Assembly: GCA_963717145.1 (NCBI GenBank)
Contig: OY970325.1
Coordinates: 1,600,001 to 1,664,000 of the forward strand
Reading direction: 5' to 3'
Length of the DNA: 64,000 nucleotides
DNA from: an uncultured Armatimonadetes bacterium
GTDB taxonomy: Bacteria > Armatimonadota > UBA5829 > DTJY01
Position 1 is the first letter of the stretch. Every line of letters begins with the position of its first letter. Shown piece by piece: positions 20,168 through 29,422 of this stretch. The position numbers and the translations under genes are program-made. The notes under the pieces are model-generated. The model did not search any database. It saw only the letters and a list, made by a program, of their open reading frames with translations, and was not told the origin of the DNA.

Positions 20168-20616
20168 AGGGCGACTCCACACTTGTAGGCGATGTATCCG
20201 CCGTCATCCATCGGCTGCCTGCATACGCAAAGCTCTCGTGGCTTCTCCTCCGCGATCCACATCTCTCGATGAGACACCGCGCGGCCCTCACCGCGGCTGC
20301 GGGCTACCTCATCAGTCCGATAGATGCTGTTCCGGGATTCATTCCAGTCATCGGCCAGATGGACGACCTGGCGGTGATGCTCCTCGCGCTCCGATGGATC
20401 CTGCGATCCATGCCGGCTGACCGCGCCGAGACCTATCTGAAGCAGTCCGGGATCGATATGGAGACCCTGAACGGCGATCTCGACCTGATCAAGCGGAACG
20501 GGCTCAAGATACTGAAGCGCGTGCGACTCGAGCTTGCGGTCGGTGCGGCATTCGTGTTGGGCGTGGGCAGATACGCGGGCAGGGAGATACGTCGCGGCCT
20601 CAAGGATCGCAAGTAA
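20164..20616 (+). CDS. DUF1232/YkvA family protein
   Basis: YLISPIDAVPGFIPVIGQMDD. Confidence 0.88.
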   Translation: MKGDSTLVGDVSAVIHRLPAYAKLSWLLLRDPHLSMRHRAALTAAAGYLISPIDAVPGFIPVIGQMDDLAVMLLALRWILRSMPADRAETYLKQSGIDMETLNGDLDLIKRNGLKILKRVRLELAVGAAFVLGVGRYAGREIRRGLKDRK

Positions 20617-20636
20617 GGGAAGGGCCAGGGTTCAAA

Positions 20637-20797
20637 GACCGTCTAGTCCTGAGTGCGCCTCTGGGCGTGTATCGAAGGACGGTCGCATGCGCGCCACGGT
20701 GTAGGGGAGAAGCATTGGCCCATCGGACTGCACCGACCCGCCGAGTCAGCGGCCAATGCTTCGCCCGATCTGAGTATGAGTATGAGTATGAGTAGGA
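20637..20797. repeat. Stacked repeats: family J arm (20637-20684), family G doublet (20701-20766) and a TGAGTA tandem
   Basis: GTCCTGAGTGCG..CGAAGGACGG; GTAGGGGAGAAGCATTGGCC..GGCCAATGCTTCGCCC; (TGAGTA)4. Confidence 0.75.
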
Positions 20798-22155
20798 GCA
20801 TAGAGAGCAGAGACCGGATCATCGGAACCGACCACGCGTGGGCCACGGTATGGTGGCTCTCCTGGCCGGCGATGATCACGATGTTCCTGCAGACCATGAA
20901 TGGGATGCTTGACGGGATCTTCGTCGGTCAACTCGGTCCCGCCGCGCTCAGCGGCGTCGGTCTCGCGGGGCAGGTGAACATGGTGCTCATGGCGCTCGTC
21001 ATGGCCGTCGGCGTCGGCACCACCGCGCTCGTCGCGAGGTTCATCGGCGCAGGTCAGACGCAAGATGCTGAGGAAAGCGTGCGGCAGTCGATCCTCCTCG
21101 GCATCTTAGGGTCGCTCGTATCCGGCGTTGTGCTCGTGGCGGTCGCTCGCCCGCTCCTGCAGTTCATGGGCGGAGAGGGAGAAGCGCTCCGCCTTGGGAT
21201 GACCTACCTCTACATTCTCATCGCGGGCGTCACGCCGTTCTACCTCCTGCTCATCCTGACCGGTGTGTTCCGCGGGATGGGCGACATGTGGACCCCGCTC
21301 ATCGTCATGCTGGCAGTGACAGTCGTCAGCATCGCAGGCGACTATCTGCTGATCTTCGGGATCGGTCCGTTTCCGGCACTCGGTGTGGTCGGCGCGGGGA
21401 TCGCGACCGTGACATCGAGGGTCGTCGGAACGCTGATGCTGCTTTACTTCCTGGCCCGGTCTCAACTCGGCGGGTCATTGCGGAACGGATGGAATCCGGA
21501 CTGGGGCTGGTTCACCAGGATTCTGAAGATCGGCGGACCGGCGGGGATCCAGGGGCTGCTGCGGACGGGGGGCTCGGTCACGTACTACTCGATCCTGGGC
21601 CTCACCGCGTTCCCCGATCTCGCGATCGCAGCTCTGACGGCAGGTATCCGGACCGAGGCGCTGGCCTTCATGCTCGGACTCGCATTCAGCACCGCCGCGA
21701 CCTCGATGGTCGGGCAGAACCTCGGCGCCGGACAGCCCGAGAGAGCCAAGCGGTGCGCCTGGGCCGCCGCGTGGCAGGGCATCTGGATCATGGGCCTCGC
21801 GGGCCTGGGATTCTTCGTCCTGGCGCGTCCGATCGGCAGCCTGTACACCCACGATCCGCAGGTCCTGTCGCTGATTGTGAGCTATCTGCGGATCAATGCG
21901 ATCTCCGAGCCGTTCCTGGCGCTCTCGATGATCCTCACAGGGGCGATGCAGGGCGCGGGGGCGACTCGGGTGCCGGCGGTTGCGACGTTGGCGACCATGT
22001 GGCTGGTCCGACTGCCGTTGACCTACTACCTAACGATAACTCTCGACCTCGGGGCAGGTGGCGCGTGGATCTCGATGTCGGCCACCTCGATCCTCTCAGG
22101 CCTTGTGATGCTGGCGATCTTCAAGTGGACGCGTTGGGAGGAGACTTCTGTCTAG
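20777..22155 (+). CDS. MATE family efflux transporter (start uncertain, obscured by repeats)
   Basis: About 12 TM helices, D.IFVGQLG, RGMGD, GQNLGA, QGAG. Confidence 0.9.
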
Positions 22156-22169
22156 TGGGGAGGAAAAAC

Positions 22170-22244
22170 TGGAGGCGTGGAGCGGATTCGAACCGCTGAA
22201 TAAGGGCTTTGCAGGCCCCCGCCTTACCACTTGGCTACCACGCC
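22170..22244 (-). tRNA. tRNA-Cys(GCA)
   Basis: Cloverleaf, GGTTCGAATCC, encoded CCA. Confidence 0.95.
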
Positions 22245-22251
22245 CTGAAAA

Positions 22252-22326
22252 TGGAGCGGGAGACGGGATTCGAACCCGCGACATTCTGCTTGGGAAGCAG
22301 ATGCTCTACCACTGAACTACTCCCGC
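22252..22326 (-). tRNA. tRNA-Gly(CCC)
   Basis: Anticodon arm TCTGC-TTCCCAA-GCAGA, encoded CCA. Confidence 0.95.
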
Positions 22327-22354
22327 ACGCTTTGAGAACCACTTCGTGCTTTGG

Positions 22355-22429
22355 TGGTGGGCGATATTGGATTTGAACCAATGACCTCTTCCGTGTGAAG
22401 GAAGCGCTCTCCCCCTGAGCCAATCGCCC
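22355..22429 (-). tRNA. tRNA-Val(CAC)
   Basis: CTTCC-TTCACAC-GGAAG, encoded CCA. Confidence 0.95.
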
Positions 22430-22445
22430 GTGTCGAATGGAAAGC

Positions 22446-22531
22446 TGGTGGGGATGGAGAGAGTTGAACTCTCATGCCCTTGCGGGCACTTGGCCCTCAA
22501 CCAAGCGCGTCTGCCATTCCGCCACATCCCC
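22446..22531 (-). tRNA. tRNA-Leu(GAG)
   Basis: CTTGG-TTGAGGG-CCAAG, long variable arm, encoded CCA. Confidence 0.95.
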
Positions 22532-22545
22532 ATGTCGGTAAAGGA

Positions 22546-22574
22546 ATTGTACCACAGGCCCCTGATCTTGTCAA
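22546..22574 (-). promoter_or_regulatory. Promoter of the tRNA operon
   Basis: TTGACA-17 nt-TACAAT. Confidence 0.8.
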
Positions 22575-22605
22575 CGCGGAATTCGATGCCAGAGACTGGA
22601 GCAAT

Positions 22606-22938
22606 CTACCCGTATAGAACATGGCGGAGACGAGTCGCCATCACGAACATGCCTGTCCATGAGAGGATGATGAGCGCATTATACACCGCAAGTACCCATC
22701 GGACGATGGTGATCACCTTTCTGGTCACCGGCCGAGCTATAAATGCAGGCCAGGGGACGCCCTTGATGGCGAGTAGCGGGGTCGAAACGAGGGCGAAGAT
22801 GATGGAGAGACCTATCAGTGTCTTCTCAGTGGCAACGGGGGTCCGGTGCAGGTGTTCCCAGATGTAGCCGTAGGTCTCCATGGCTGCAAGTCCGAGAACG
22901 AACCCGGTGAGTAGTCCTACTGCCCGTATCCGCGCCAT
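22606..22938 (-). CDS. Hypothetical membrane protein (about 3 TM)
   Basis: Hydrophobic segments; G-rich RBS before MARIRAV. Confidence 0.6.
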   Translation of the reverse strand: MARIRAVGLLTGFVLGLAAMETYGYIWEHLHRTPVATEKTLIGLSIIFALVSTPLLAIKGVPWPAFIARPVTRKVITIVRWVLAVYNALIILSWTGMFVMATRLRHVLYG

Positions 22939-22946
22939 TTCGCCCC

Positions 22947-23393
22947 CTAGTATCCGTACCGCCGGCGCATGGACTTCCGATACCAACCGACAGCTGCCAG
23001 ATAGATGACGGCGCCGACGAGAGTCCCGGCAAGGAAGTACGGCATGGCGGCAGAACCCTCCAGGTCGTGGGGCGATGCATGAACGTGATCCATCGGGAAC
23101 ACGCTGAGGAGCAACCCGAGAGCCACCACGACGAACCAGAAGGCGAAGAGGGCAACAGCGCGACCTAGCAGGCTCTTGGGTGTGAGCGGACTGCCTTCAG
23201 GCCCGGTCATCCCATGGAGCGCCAGATCAACTATGTCGAGGTCATCATCCAGTAGCGCCAGTAACACCAACACCCCGATCGGGTAGAAGAAACCGGCGAC
23301 GAACTGCCATCCGGGCGTCTTGGGGGCGGCGAGCACCAGGAACGATGTCGCTATCACGATCAGAAAGCGTGTGCCGAAGACAACCCTGCGCAT
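22947..23393 (-). CDS. Hypothetical membrane protein (about 4 TM)
   Basis: Hydrophobic helices; directly follows the toxin gene. Confidence 0.65.
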   Translation of the reverse strand: MRRVVFGTRFLIVIATSFLVLAAPKTPGWQFVAGFFYPIGVLVLLALLDDDLDIVDLALHGMTGPEGSPLTPKSLLGRAVALFAFWFVVVALGLLLSVFPMDHVHASPHDLEGSAAMPYFLAGTLVGAVIYLAAVGWYRKSMRRRYGY

Positions 23394-23403
23394 ATCAGCA
23401 CCC

Positions 23404-23658
23404 CTACCTGTAGGCCGACTGCCTTGACTTCACAGCAGCGATTGTGACGACCTTCCGGTCATCGTCGATCTCGTAGATGATGCGCCAGTCGCCAACCCTG
23501 ATACGCCATTCCTCGCGAGCGGAGAGCTTCCTTGCGCCTCTCGGCTTGGGACTATCTTCGAGGGCATACATACGGGCGACGATGCGACGAACCAGATCGG
23601 CGGGAAACCGCCTAAGCTGCTTCCTTGCTGTCTCTCTGATCTCGACGCGGTATGTCAT
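23404..23658 (-). CDS. RelE/ParE family type II toxin
   Basis: Y.VEI...A.KQL, P.PRG..KL, WRIRVGDWRIIYEI. Confidence 0.93.
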   Translation of the reverse strand: MTYRVEIRETARKQLRRFPADLVRRIVARMYALEDSPKPRGARKLSAREEWRIRVGDWRIIYEIDDDRKVVTIAAVKSRQSAYR

Positions 23659-23860
23659 GGCCCTCGGCTCTAAGCTCCTCTACAAACTCATCAAACGGTC
23701 TGGTTGGCTCGCCCTTTGTCCTCCGAATATCCCGGATGTCTTCCAGGTCTTCCAACAGATCGTCGATCTCCGATATCTTGCTCAACAGCCGTTCCCGTTG
23801 GCGAGGGCTCATTTGCTTAATTGCATTCGCGATTTCATCGACTGACAGTTGTTGTGACAT
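23612..23860 (-). CDS. Probable antitoxin
   Basis: Small acidic ORF (LLEDLEDI..PFDEF) overlapping the toxin start; TGGTATAAT (23885-23893) and AGGAG upstream. Confidence 0.75.
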   Translation of the reverse strand: MSQQLSVDEIANAIKQMSPRQRERLLSKISEIDDLLEDLEDIRDIRRTKGEPTRPFDEFVEELRAEGHDIPRRDQRDSKEAA

Positions 23861-23914
23861 GCTTTTCTCCTGGGCTCCTGCTCCATTATACCACAGCTTC
23901 TTCCGATGACCTGC

Positions 23915-24439
23915 CTAACAAGTAATGAGGCTCTTGATCTCGTAGCCCTGGAGCTTGTCGCGGCCGTTGAGGAAGTCGAGTTCGACGAGGAAGCAGATCC
24001 CGACCACGCGCCCTCCGAGTTCCTCCACGAGACGCGCGGATGCCGCCGCCGTGCCACCGGTCGCGAGCAGATCATCGATGATCAGCGCCTTCTGGCCGGG
24101 GACGATCGCGTCACGGTGCATCTCAACGATATTGGTGCCATATTCGAGGGAGTACTCGCACTTGATGGTATCGTGCGGAAGCTTTCCGATCTTGCGGACC
24201 GGTACGAAGCTCTTGCCGAGCTTCACCGCGACGGGCACGCCGAACATGAAACCGCGTGACTCGATCGCCACGATGACGTCCGGATCGGTCTCGGCCGCGT
24301 ACTCGCAGAACTTGTCGACAACCTCGGCGAGCGCCTCAGGGTTCTGGAGGATCGGCGTGATATCCTTGAAGATAATCCCGGGCTGCGGGAAGTCGGGGAT
24401 GTCGCGTATCAGGCTGCATGCCAGGAGATTTGATGGCAT
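23915..24439 (-). CDS. apt: Adenine phosphoribosyltransferase
   Basis: IRDIPDFPQPGIIFKDIT, ESRGF, YSLEYG, DDLLATGGT. Confidence 0.97.
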   Translation of the reverse strand: MPSNLLACSLIRDIPDFPQPGIIFKDITPILQNPEALAEVVDKFCEYAAETDPDVIVAIESRGFMFGVPVAVKLGKSFVPVRKIGKLPHDTIKCEYSLEYGTNIVEMHRDAIVPGQKALIIDDLLATGGTAAASARLVEELGGRVVGICFLVELDFLNGRDKLQGYEIKSLITC

Positions 24440-24464
24440 CTCGTTCGCTCCTTTCGAGTCGCAC

Positions 24465-24528
24465 GTAGCCTAGCCCCTTGTGGGCGTCTAGCAGAGCACG
24501 GAAGAACGCCCACAAGGGGCTAGGCTAC
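24465..24528. repeat. GTAG REP doublet, family H
   Basis: GTAGCCTAGCCCCTTGTGGGCGT ... ACGCCCACAAGGGGCTAGGCTAC. Confidence 0.85.
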
Positions 24529-24544
24529 GGATCTGTAACAGGCC

Positions 24545-25633
24545 CTAAGGTCCAAAGTCTATGAGCTTCGCCGGAGGGATGACACCCTTCTCCGTGATGA
24601 TCGCAGTCACATATTCCGCCGGTGTCACGTCGAACGCGGGGTTCCACGCGCAGACGCCCTCGGGAGCGATGCGGAGTCCGCCGATATGCGTGACCTCGCA
24701 TTCGTCGCGTTCCTCGATCGGGATGTGCGAGCCGTCTGGGATGGCGAAATCGACGGTGGAGATCGGAGCGGCCACATAGAATGGGATGCCGTGTGCCCTC
24801 GCCAAGACCGCCACGCCATACGTGCCGATCTTGTTCGCCGTATCGCCGTTCGCCGCAATTCGATCCGCTCCGACGACCACGCAGTCGATCATCCCGCGCG
24901 ACATGGCCCACGCGGCCATGTTGTCGGTGATGATCGTGACAGGCACTCCGATGCGCGCGAGTTCCCAGGCGGTAAGCTTCATGCCCTGAAGGCGAGGTCG
25001 CGTCTCATCCGCGATGACCTTGATGCGCTTGCCAGACTCGACCGCGGCCCGGATGACTCCGAGAGCGGTCCCGTAACCCGCGGTGGCGAGCGCGCCGGCA
25101 TTGCAGTGGGTGAGAACGGTCCAACCATCTCTGAGCAATTCAGCGCCGTTCCGTCCGAGCGCGCGGTTGATCTCGATATCCTCCCGGAGGATCGCGACGG
25201 CCTCCTCCTCCAGAACGCGCCTGATCTCGGTCACATCTGTAGGGGCGTGCCTTGTGCCGCCCGACGCGTGATCACTGGCGGCACAAGGCACGCCCCTACA
25301 GATGGTGGTTCGAGCGGTTCTGAGCATGCGGTCGATCGCCCAGAACAGGTTTACCGCGGTCGGGCGCGTCGATCGGAACTCGTCCGCGATCCCCTCGAAC
25401 CGGCGCATGAACTCGTCGGGATCGGTCGTTTCGATCTGACGCGCCCCGAGAGCCATCCCGAGCGCCGCCGTGACGCCGATCGCCGGCGCTCCCCGAACGA
25501 TCATGGTGCGGATCGCATCGGCGACATCGTGGTAGTCGCTGTAGTCGATGATCTTGAACTCGGCGGGGATGACGGTCTGGTCGATCAGACGGACCTTGCC
25601 GTCAACCCATTCCACCGGTCGAATGTCTTCCAT
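24545..25633 (-). CDS. mtnA: Methylthioribose-1-phosphate isomerase with an in-frame REP insertion
   Basis: [47 protein letters not shown]. Confidence 0.96.
   Translation of the reverse strand: MEDIRPVEWVDGKVRLIDQTVIPAEFKIIDYSDYHDVADAIRTMIVRGAPAIGVTAALGMALGARQIETTDPDEFMRRFEGIADEFRSTRPTAVNLFWAIDRMLRTARTTICRGVPCAASDHASGGTRHAPTDVTEIRRVLEEEAVAILREDIEINRALGRNGAELLRDGWTVLTHCNAGALATAGYGTALGVIRAAVESGKRIKVIADETRPRLQGMKLTAWELARIGVPVTIITDNMAAWAMSRGMIDCVVVGADRIAANGDTANKIGTYGVAVLARAHGIPFYVAAPISTVDFAIPDGSHIPIEERDECEVTHIGGLRIAPEGVCAWNPAFDVTPAEYVTAIITEKGVIPPAKLIDFGP
25239..25299. repeat. GTAG REP doublet, family A, inside mtnA
   Basis: Same arms as the intergenic copies; translated as [16 protein letters not shown]. 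Confidence 0.92.
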
Positions 25634-25652
25634 CATGCCTCCTGGTCGGCGA

Positions 25653-25717
25653 GGGCGAAGCATGTGCTCACGCACGCCAACGTTGTGTTACCCGGTGGGC
25701 ACATGCTTCGCCCCTAC
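25653..25717. repeat. REP doublet, family G variant
   Basis: GGGCGAAGCATGTGCTCAC ... GTGGGCACATGCTTCGCCCCTAC. Confidence 0.8.
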
Positions 25718-26520
25718 TCGAGGCGGGCGTGCTCCATAGCCGCCACGCAGTCGGGGCAGGGACCGCTGGGCATCCGCTCGATCATATCGAGGATGACGGT
25801 GCGCACACGATCGTTGTTCTCGCACAGGACCTTGACGATCTCTCCGGCGGTCACCGGCTCGATACCCTCCTGCCCGATGCAGCCCGCATCGTAGTCCGTA
25901 ATGAGCGAGATGTTGACATAACACATGCCAAGCTCGCGGGCGAGTATGACCTCCGGGTATTGGGTCATGTTCACCACTTCCCAGCCCATCTTTGTGAACC
26001 AGGAGCTTTCGGCGCGGGTCGAGAAGCGCGGGCCCTGGATGACAACCGCCGTCCCGCTTTCATGGACCGTGATGCTATGTGACTTGATCACTTCGACGGC
26101 AAGCCGGCGCATATGATCGCAGTACGGATCAGCTCCCATGATATGAACGGCAACGGGGCCGTCGTAGAACGTGTCCTTGCGCCCGGAGGTCCTGTCCACG
26201 AACTGATCGCAGACGACGAAATCACCGGGCTTGATGTAAGTCTGAAGGCTTCCGACGGCCGCCGGCCCGACGATACGGTTCACGCCCAACTGCTTCATCG
26301 CGTGAGCGTTCGCGCGGTATGGGATCATGTGCGGGGGGAGATTGTGATGCCGGCCATGCCTCGGTAGGAACGCCACCCTCCTGCCGCCAATGGTGACAAG
26401 ATGTATGAGATCGCTCGGCGCTCCATATGGTGTCTCGACCTTGATCTCCTCGACGTTCTGCAGGAACTCGTAGAAACCTGAGCCGCCGTAGACTCCGATC
26501 TCAGCTCGGTGTTCGGTCAT
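25714..26520 (-). CDS. mtnP: 5'-methylthioadenosine phosphorylase
   Basis: GGSG, TPYG, PRHG, QGPRFSTRAES, NMT, TDYD; adjacent to mtnA. Confidence 0.93.
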   Translation of the reverse strand: MTEHRAEIGVYGGSGFYEFLQNVEEIKVETPYGAPSDLIHLVTIGGRRVAFLPRHGRHHNLPPHMIPYRANAHAMKQLGVNRIVGPAAVGSLQTYIKPGDFVVCDQFVDRTSGRKDTFYDGPVAVHIMGADPYCDHMRRLAVEVIKSHSITVHESGTAVVIQGPRFSTRAESSWFTKMGWEVVNMTQYPEVILARELGMCYVNISLITDYDAGCIGQEGIEPVTAGEIVKVLCENNDRVRTVILDMIERMPSGPCPDCVAAMEHARLE

Positions 26521-27233
26521 ACGTCCGATTCCTCCCTGGCGACCTGGCATCTCGGATGCTGCAGCGCCTCGAGCGCGGCGGCCTGCTCGGCCTGCTTTTT
26601 GCTCTTACCCGATCCTCTGCCCAGCGGGACACCGTCGAGTTGGGCCTCGACGATGAACGTCTTGTCGTGATCCGCACCTGATTCGGTGACGACCTCGTAC
26701 CTGGGGGCCATCTTATACCGGCTCTGACTGATCTCCTGGAGGATCGACTTGTAGTTCCGGTGGTGCTCCTCCCGCTCGATGTCGTCGAGCAGCGGACGGA
26801 GCGCCTTCAGCACGAGCACCTTTGCCGCGTCGAGACCGCCTATGAGGTAGACGGCTGCGATCACCGCCTCGAACGCATCAGAGAGAATCGAGGCGCGGTT
26901 CCGGCCACCGGACTGCTCCTCTCCCGTGCTGACCAGGACTGTCTCAGACAGGCCGATCTTCTTGGCCGCCTCCGCCAGGATCGGCTCGCTGACTGTGACG
27001 GCCTTCGCCTTCGCCAGGTCGCCTTCCTGTCTCTCCGTCCACCTGGAGTAGAGGTGCTCGGCGACAACCAGACCGAGCACCGAATCGCCGAGGAACTCCA
27101 ATCGCTCGTTGCTGTCGAGGTTGGAGACTTCGCCGAGATACGACTTGTGCCTCAGCGCGTGCTGAAGCAAAGGCTGGTCGGCCTTCTTGATCTTCAGCCT
27201 GCGCGCCAGTTTCTGAAATTCAGATAGCGCCAT
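26517..27233 (-). CDS. rnc: Ribonuclease III
   Basis: NERLEFLGDSVL, DAFEAVIAA, C-terminal dsRBD. Confidence 0.97.
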   Translation of the reverse strand: MALSEFQKLARRLKIKKADQPLLQHALRHKSYLGEVSNLDSNERLEFLGDSVLGLVVAEHLYSRWTERQEGDLAKAKAVTVSEPILAEAAKKIGLSETVLVSTGEEQSGGRNRASILSDAFEAVIAAVYLIGGLDAAKVLVLKALRPLLDDIEREEHHRNYKSILQEISQSRYKMAPRYEVVTESGADHDKTFIVEAQLDGVPLGRGSGKSKKQAEQAAALEALQHPRCQVAREESDV

Positions 27234-27245
27234 GTGTACCCACTC

Positions 27246-27308
27246 CAGGAGTGGGAGAATGGGGGAACGGGAGACCCAAGCGCTCCCACTCTCCCATGCC
27301 CCCATTCG
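27246..27308. repeat. Inverted pair of degenerate 8-mer tandem repeats
   Basis: GGAGTGGGAGAATGGGGGAACGGGAG ... CTCCCACTCTCCCATGCCCCCATTC. Confidence 0.6.
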
Positions 27309-27378
27309 TTTTGATAATGCAGTAATCGGTAACGAGTAACAGGGAAGGCAGATCACGTTACTCGTTACCGATTACGTG

Positions 27379-28572
27379 TTAGCTGAGCTTCCCAACCGCC
27401 TCGCTGATGCGGGCGATGCCCTTCTTGATGTTGTCCATCGAGGTGGCATAGGACAGGCGGATATTCGAATCCGCGCCGAAGCCCGATCCCGGTATGACGG
27501 CGACCTTCGCTTCGTTGAGCAGGAACTCGGCGAACGCATCCGATCCGCTGATCGACTTGCCGTTGAACGACCTGCCGTAGAACGCCGACACGTTCGGGAA
27601 GACGTAGAACGCACCGCCCGGGTCGGGACAGACGACCCCAGGGATCGCGTTCAGGCTGCTCACGATCTCCTTCCGACGCTCGTCGAATGCCTTCCGCATC
27701 TCCTCCACGGCGTCCTGGGGGCCATTCAGTGCTTCGACTGCACCGGCCTGCACGAACGACACTGGGTTGGAGGTGCTGTGGTCCTGGATGCGGGACATGC
27801 CGCTGATGATCTCCTGCTCGGCGGCGGCATATCCGATGCGCCATCCCGTCATCGAGTGGCTCTTGGAAAGGCCGTTGATCGTGATGGTCAACTTCTTGAT
27901 GTCCTCCCCCAGCGATGCGATGCTGATCTGCTTGTTGCCGCCATAGACCAGCTTCTCGTATATCTCATCGGAGATCACGTAGATCCCCCTCTCGACGGCG
28001 ATCTTCGCGATCTCCTCGATCACGGACGGATCGTATACCGCGCCTGTGGGATTGCTCGGGCTGTTGAGAACGAGTGCCTTCGTCTTCGGGGTGATCGCCG
28101 CTCGGAGCATCGCCGGGGTCATTCGGAACCCCGTGCTCTCGTCCGTCTGCACATAGACAGGGACGCCCTCCGCGAGCTTGACCATCTCGGGGTAGCTGAC
28201 CCAGTAAGGCGCGGGGATGATCACCTCGTCGCCGGGATCCAGGAGCGCGAGCATCGTGTTGTAGAGAGAGTGCTTCGCGCCGATCGAGACGATGATCTGC
28301 GAGGGCTGATACTCGAGCCCGCTGTCCCTTTTGAGCTTAGCGCAGATTGCCGCCTTCAACTCAGGAGTGCCCGAAGTCGGCGTGTACTTGGTCATACCCG
28401 CTTGCAGCGCCTTGATCGCAGCGTCCTTGACGTTCTGTGGTGTATCGAAGTCCGGCTCACCTGCCCCGAAGCTGACGACATCGATGCCGTCAGCCTTCAT
28501 CTGCTTGGCCTTTGCCGTGATCGCCAGCGTCGGCGACGGATTCGCTCTTCTTGCTCTCTCTGAGATGGACAC
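27379..28572 (-). CDS. PLP-dependent class I aminotransferase (aspartate aminotransferase-like)
   Basis: GEPDF, NSPSNPTG, DEIY, SKSHSMTGWRIG. Confidence 0.93.
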   Translation of the reverse strand: MSISERARRANPSPTLAITAKAKQMKADGIDVVSFGAGEPDFDTPQNVKDAAIKALQAGMTKYTPTSGTPELKAAICAKLKRDSGLEYQPSQIIVSIGAKHSLYNTMLALLDPGDEVIIPAPYWVSYPEMVKLAEGVPVYVQTDESTGFRMTPAMLRAAITPKTKALVLNSPSNPTGAVYDPSVIEEIAKIAVERGIYVISDEIYEKLVYGGNKQISIASLGEDIKKLTITINGLSKSHSMTGWRIGYAAAEQEIISGMSRIQDHSTSNPVSFVQAGAVEALNGPQDAVEEMRKAFDERRKEIVSSLNAIPGVVCPDPGGAFYVFPNVSAFYGRSFNGKSISGSDAFAEFLLNEAKVAVIPGSGFGADSNIRLSYATSMDNIKKGIARISEAVGKLS

Positions 28573-28610
28573 TGCTCTCGCTCCTCGCTTTCTACACCCG
28601 AATACTCAGC

Positions 28611-29336
28611 CTAGGACTCTTTCGAATCGTCATCCTCGTCTTCGTCGAGCGAGATGATGCCGCGCGTATCGTCGGCTGGTAAGATCTCCAAGTCGTCATT
28701 GTCGAGATCGAGGACCTGTTTGCCTTCCGTATCTGTCGCAGGTTCCTCGGTCTCTTCTTGAGTCATCCACCACGGCAGCGGCTCCTCGCCGGTGCCCTCC
28801 AGACTCGCCGCGTCGTCGGCGGGCTCGACGATGAGCGACTCCTCCGAGACCTCCCGTGCTTCAACCTGCACTGGCTCGGGTTCGTCGAGATCGACGATCG
28901 CGGGCTCCTGCTCGTCCTCAGGCAAATCCACAAGTCCCAGGATCGGGGCGGGCTGCTCAACGTCCTCCGTCTCGTCTGCGGTGTCGAACGACGGTGAGGA
29001 CAGCATGACGTCGCCGATCGGCGCGACCGGTGGAGTGAGCGCTTCCGACATGGCAGGCGCGAAGACTTCCGGTTCGGCAGGTGGCAGATCGAAAGTGAGA
29101 TCGGGCATCGGAGCCGGCGACTCGGGCTCGGCCAGTTCGGGAATCGGCGCCACGGGCACTGCCTGCTCATCGGCGACAAGAGCGGCAGCGATCGGTGCAC
29201 CGACAGGTGCGTTCGTATCCTTCAAGAGAATGAGCTGAGCCTTCTTGCTGTCGGACTTCTGAAGCTGAGCGAAGCACTTCCAACAAGCGGCGCGATCATC
29301 CTGGTTGCGTGACCCACATCTTGGGCAGAACTGCAT
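28611..29336 (-). CDS. Zinc-ribbon protein with a long acidic/Pro-rich disordered tail
   Basis: CPRC-x10-CWKC N-terminus followed by D/E/P/A low complexity. Confidence 0.75.
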   Translation of the reverse strand: MQFCPRCGSRNQDDRAACWKCFAQLQKSDSKKAQLILLKDTNAPVGAPIAAALVADEQAVPVAPIPELAEPESPAPMPDLTFDLPPAEPEVFAPAMSEALTPPVAPIGDVMLSSPSFDTADETEDVEQPAPILGLVDLPEDEQEPAIVDLDEPEPVQVEAREVSEESLIVEPADDAASLEGTGEEPLPWWMTQEETEEPATDTEGKQVLDLDNDDLEILPADDTRGIISLDEDEDDDSKES

Positions 29337-29370
29337 CGGATTGCCCCCATTTCTGAGTAGACTGCAGAAG

Positions 29371-29396
29371 GGCCGGCACGGAGGCACGGCCACTAC
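29371..29396. repeat. Family B single arm (partner arm missing)
   Basis: GGCCGGCACGGAGGCACGGCCACTAC; inverted flanks TAGACT/AGTCTA remain. Confidence 0.85.
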
Positions 29397-29422
29397 AGTC
29401 TAGCACTTACGGCGGTTCATGT

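Noticed and set aside
22170-23900. Prophage or integrative element at the tRNA cluster
   Set aside because: No integrase, no duplicated tRNA 3' end, and the islet lies on the 5' side of the tRNAs.
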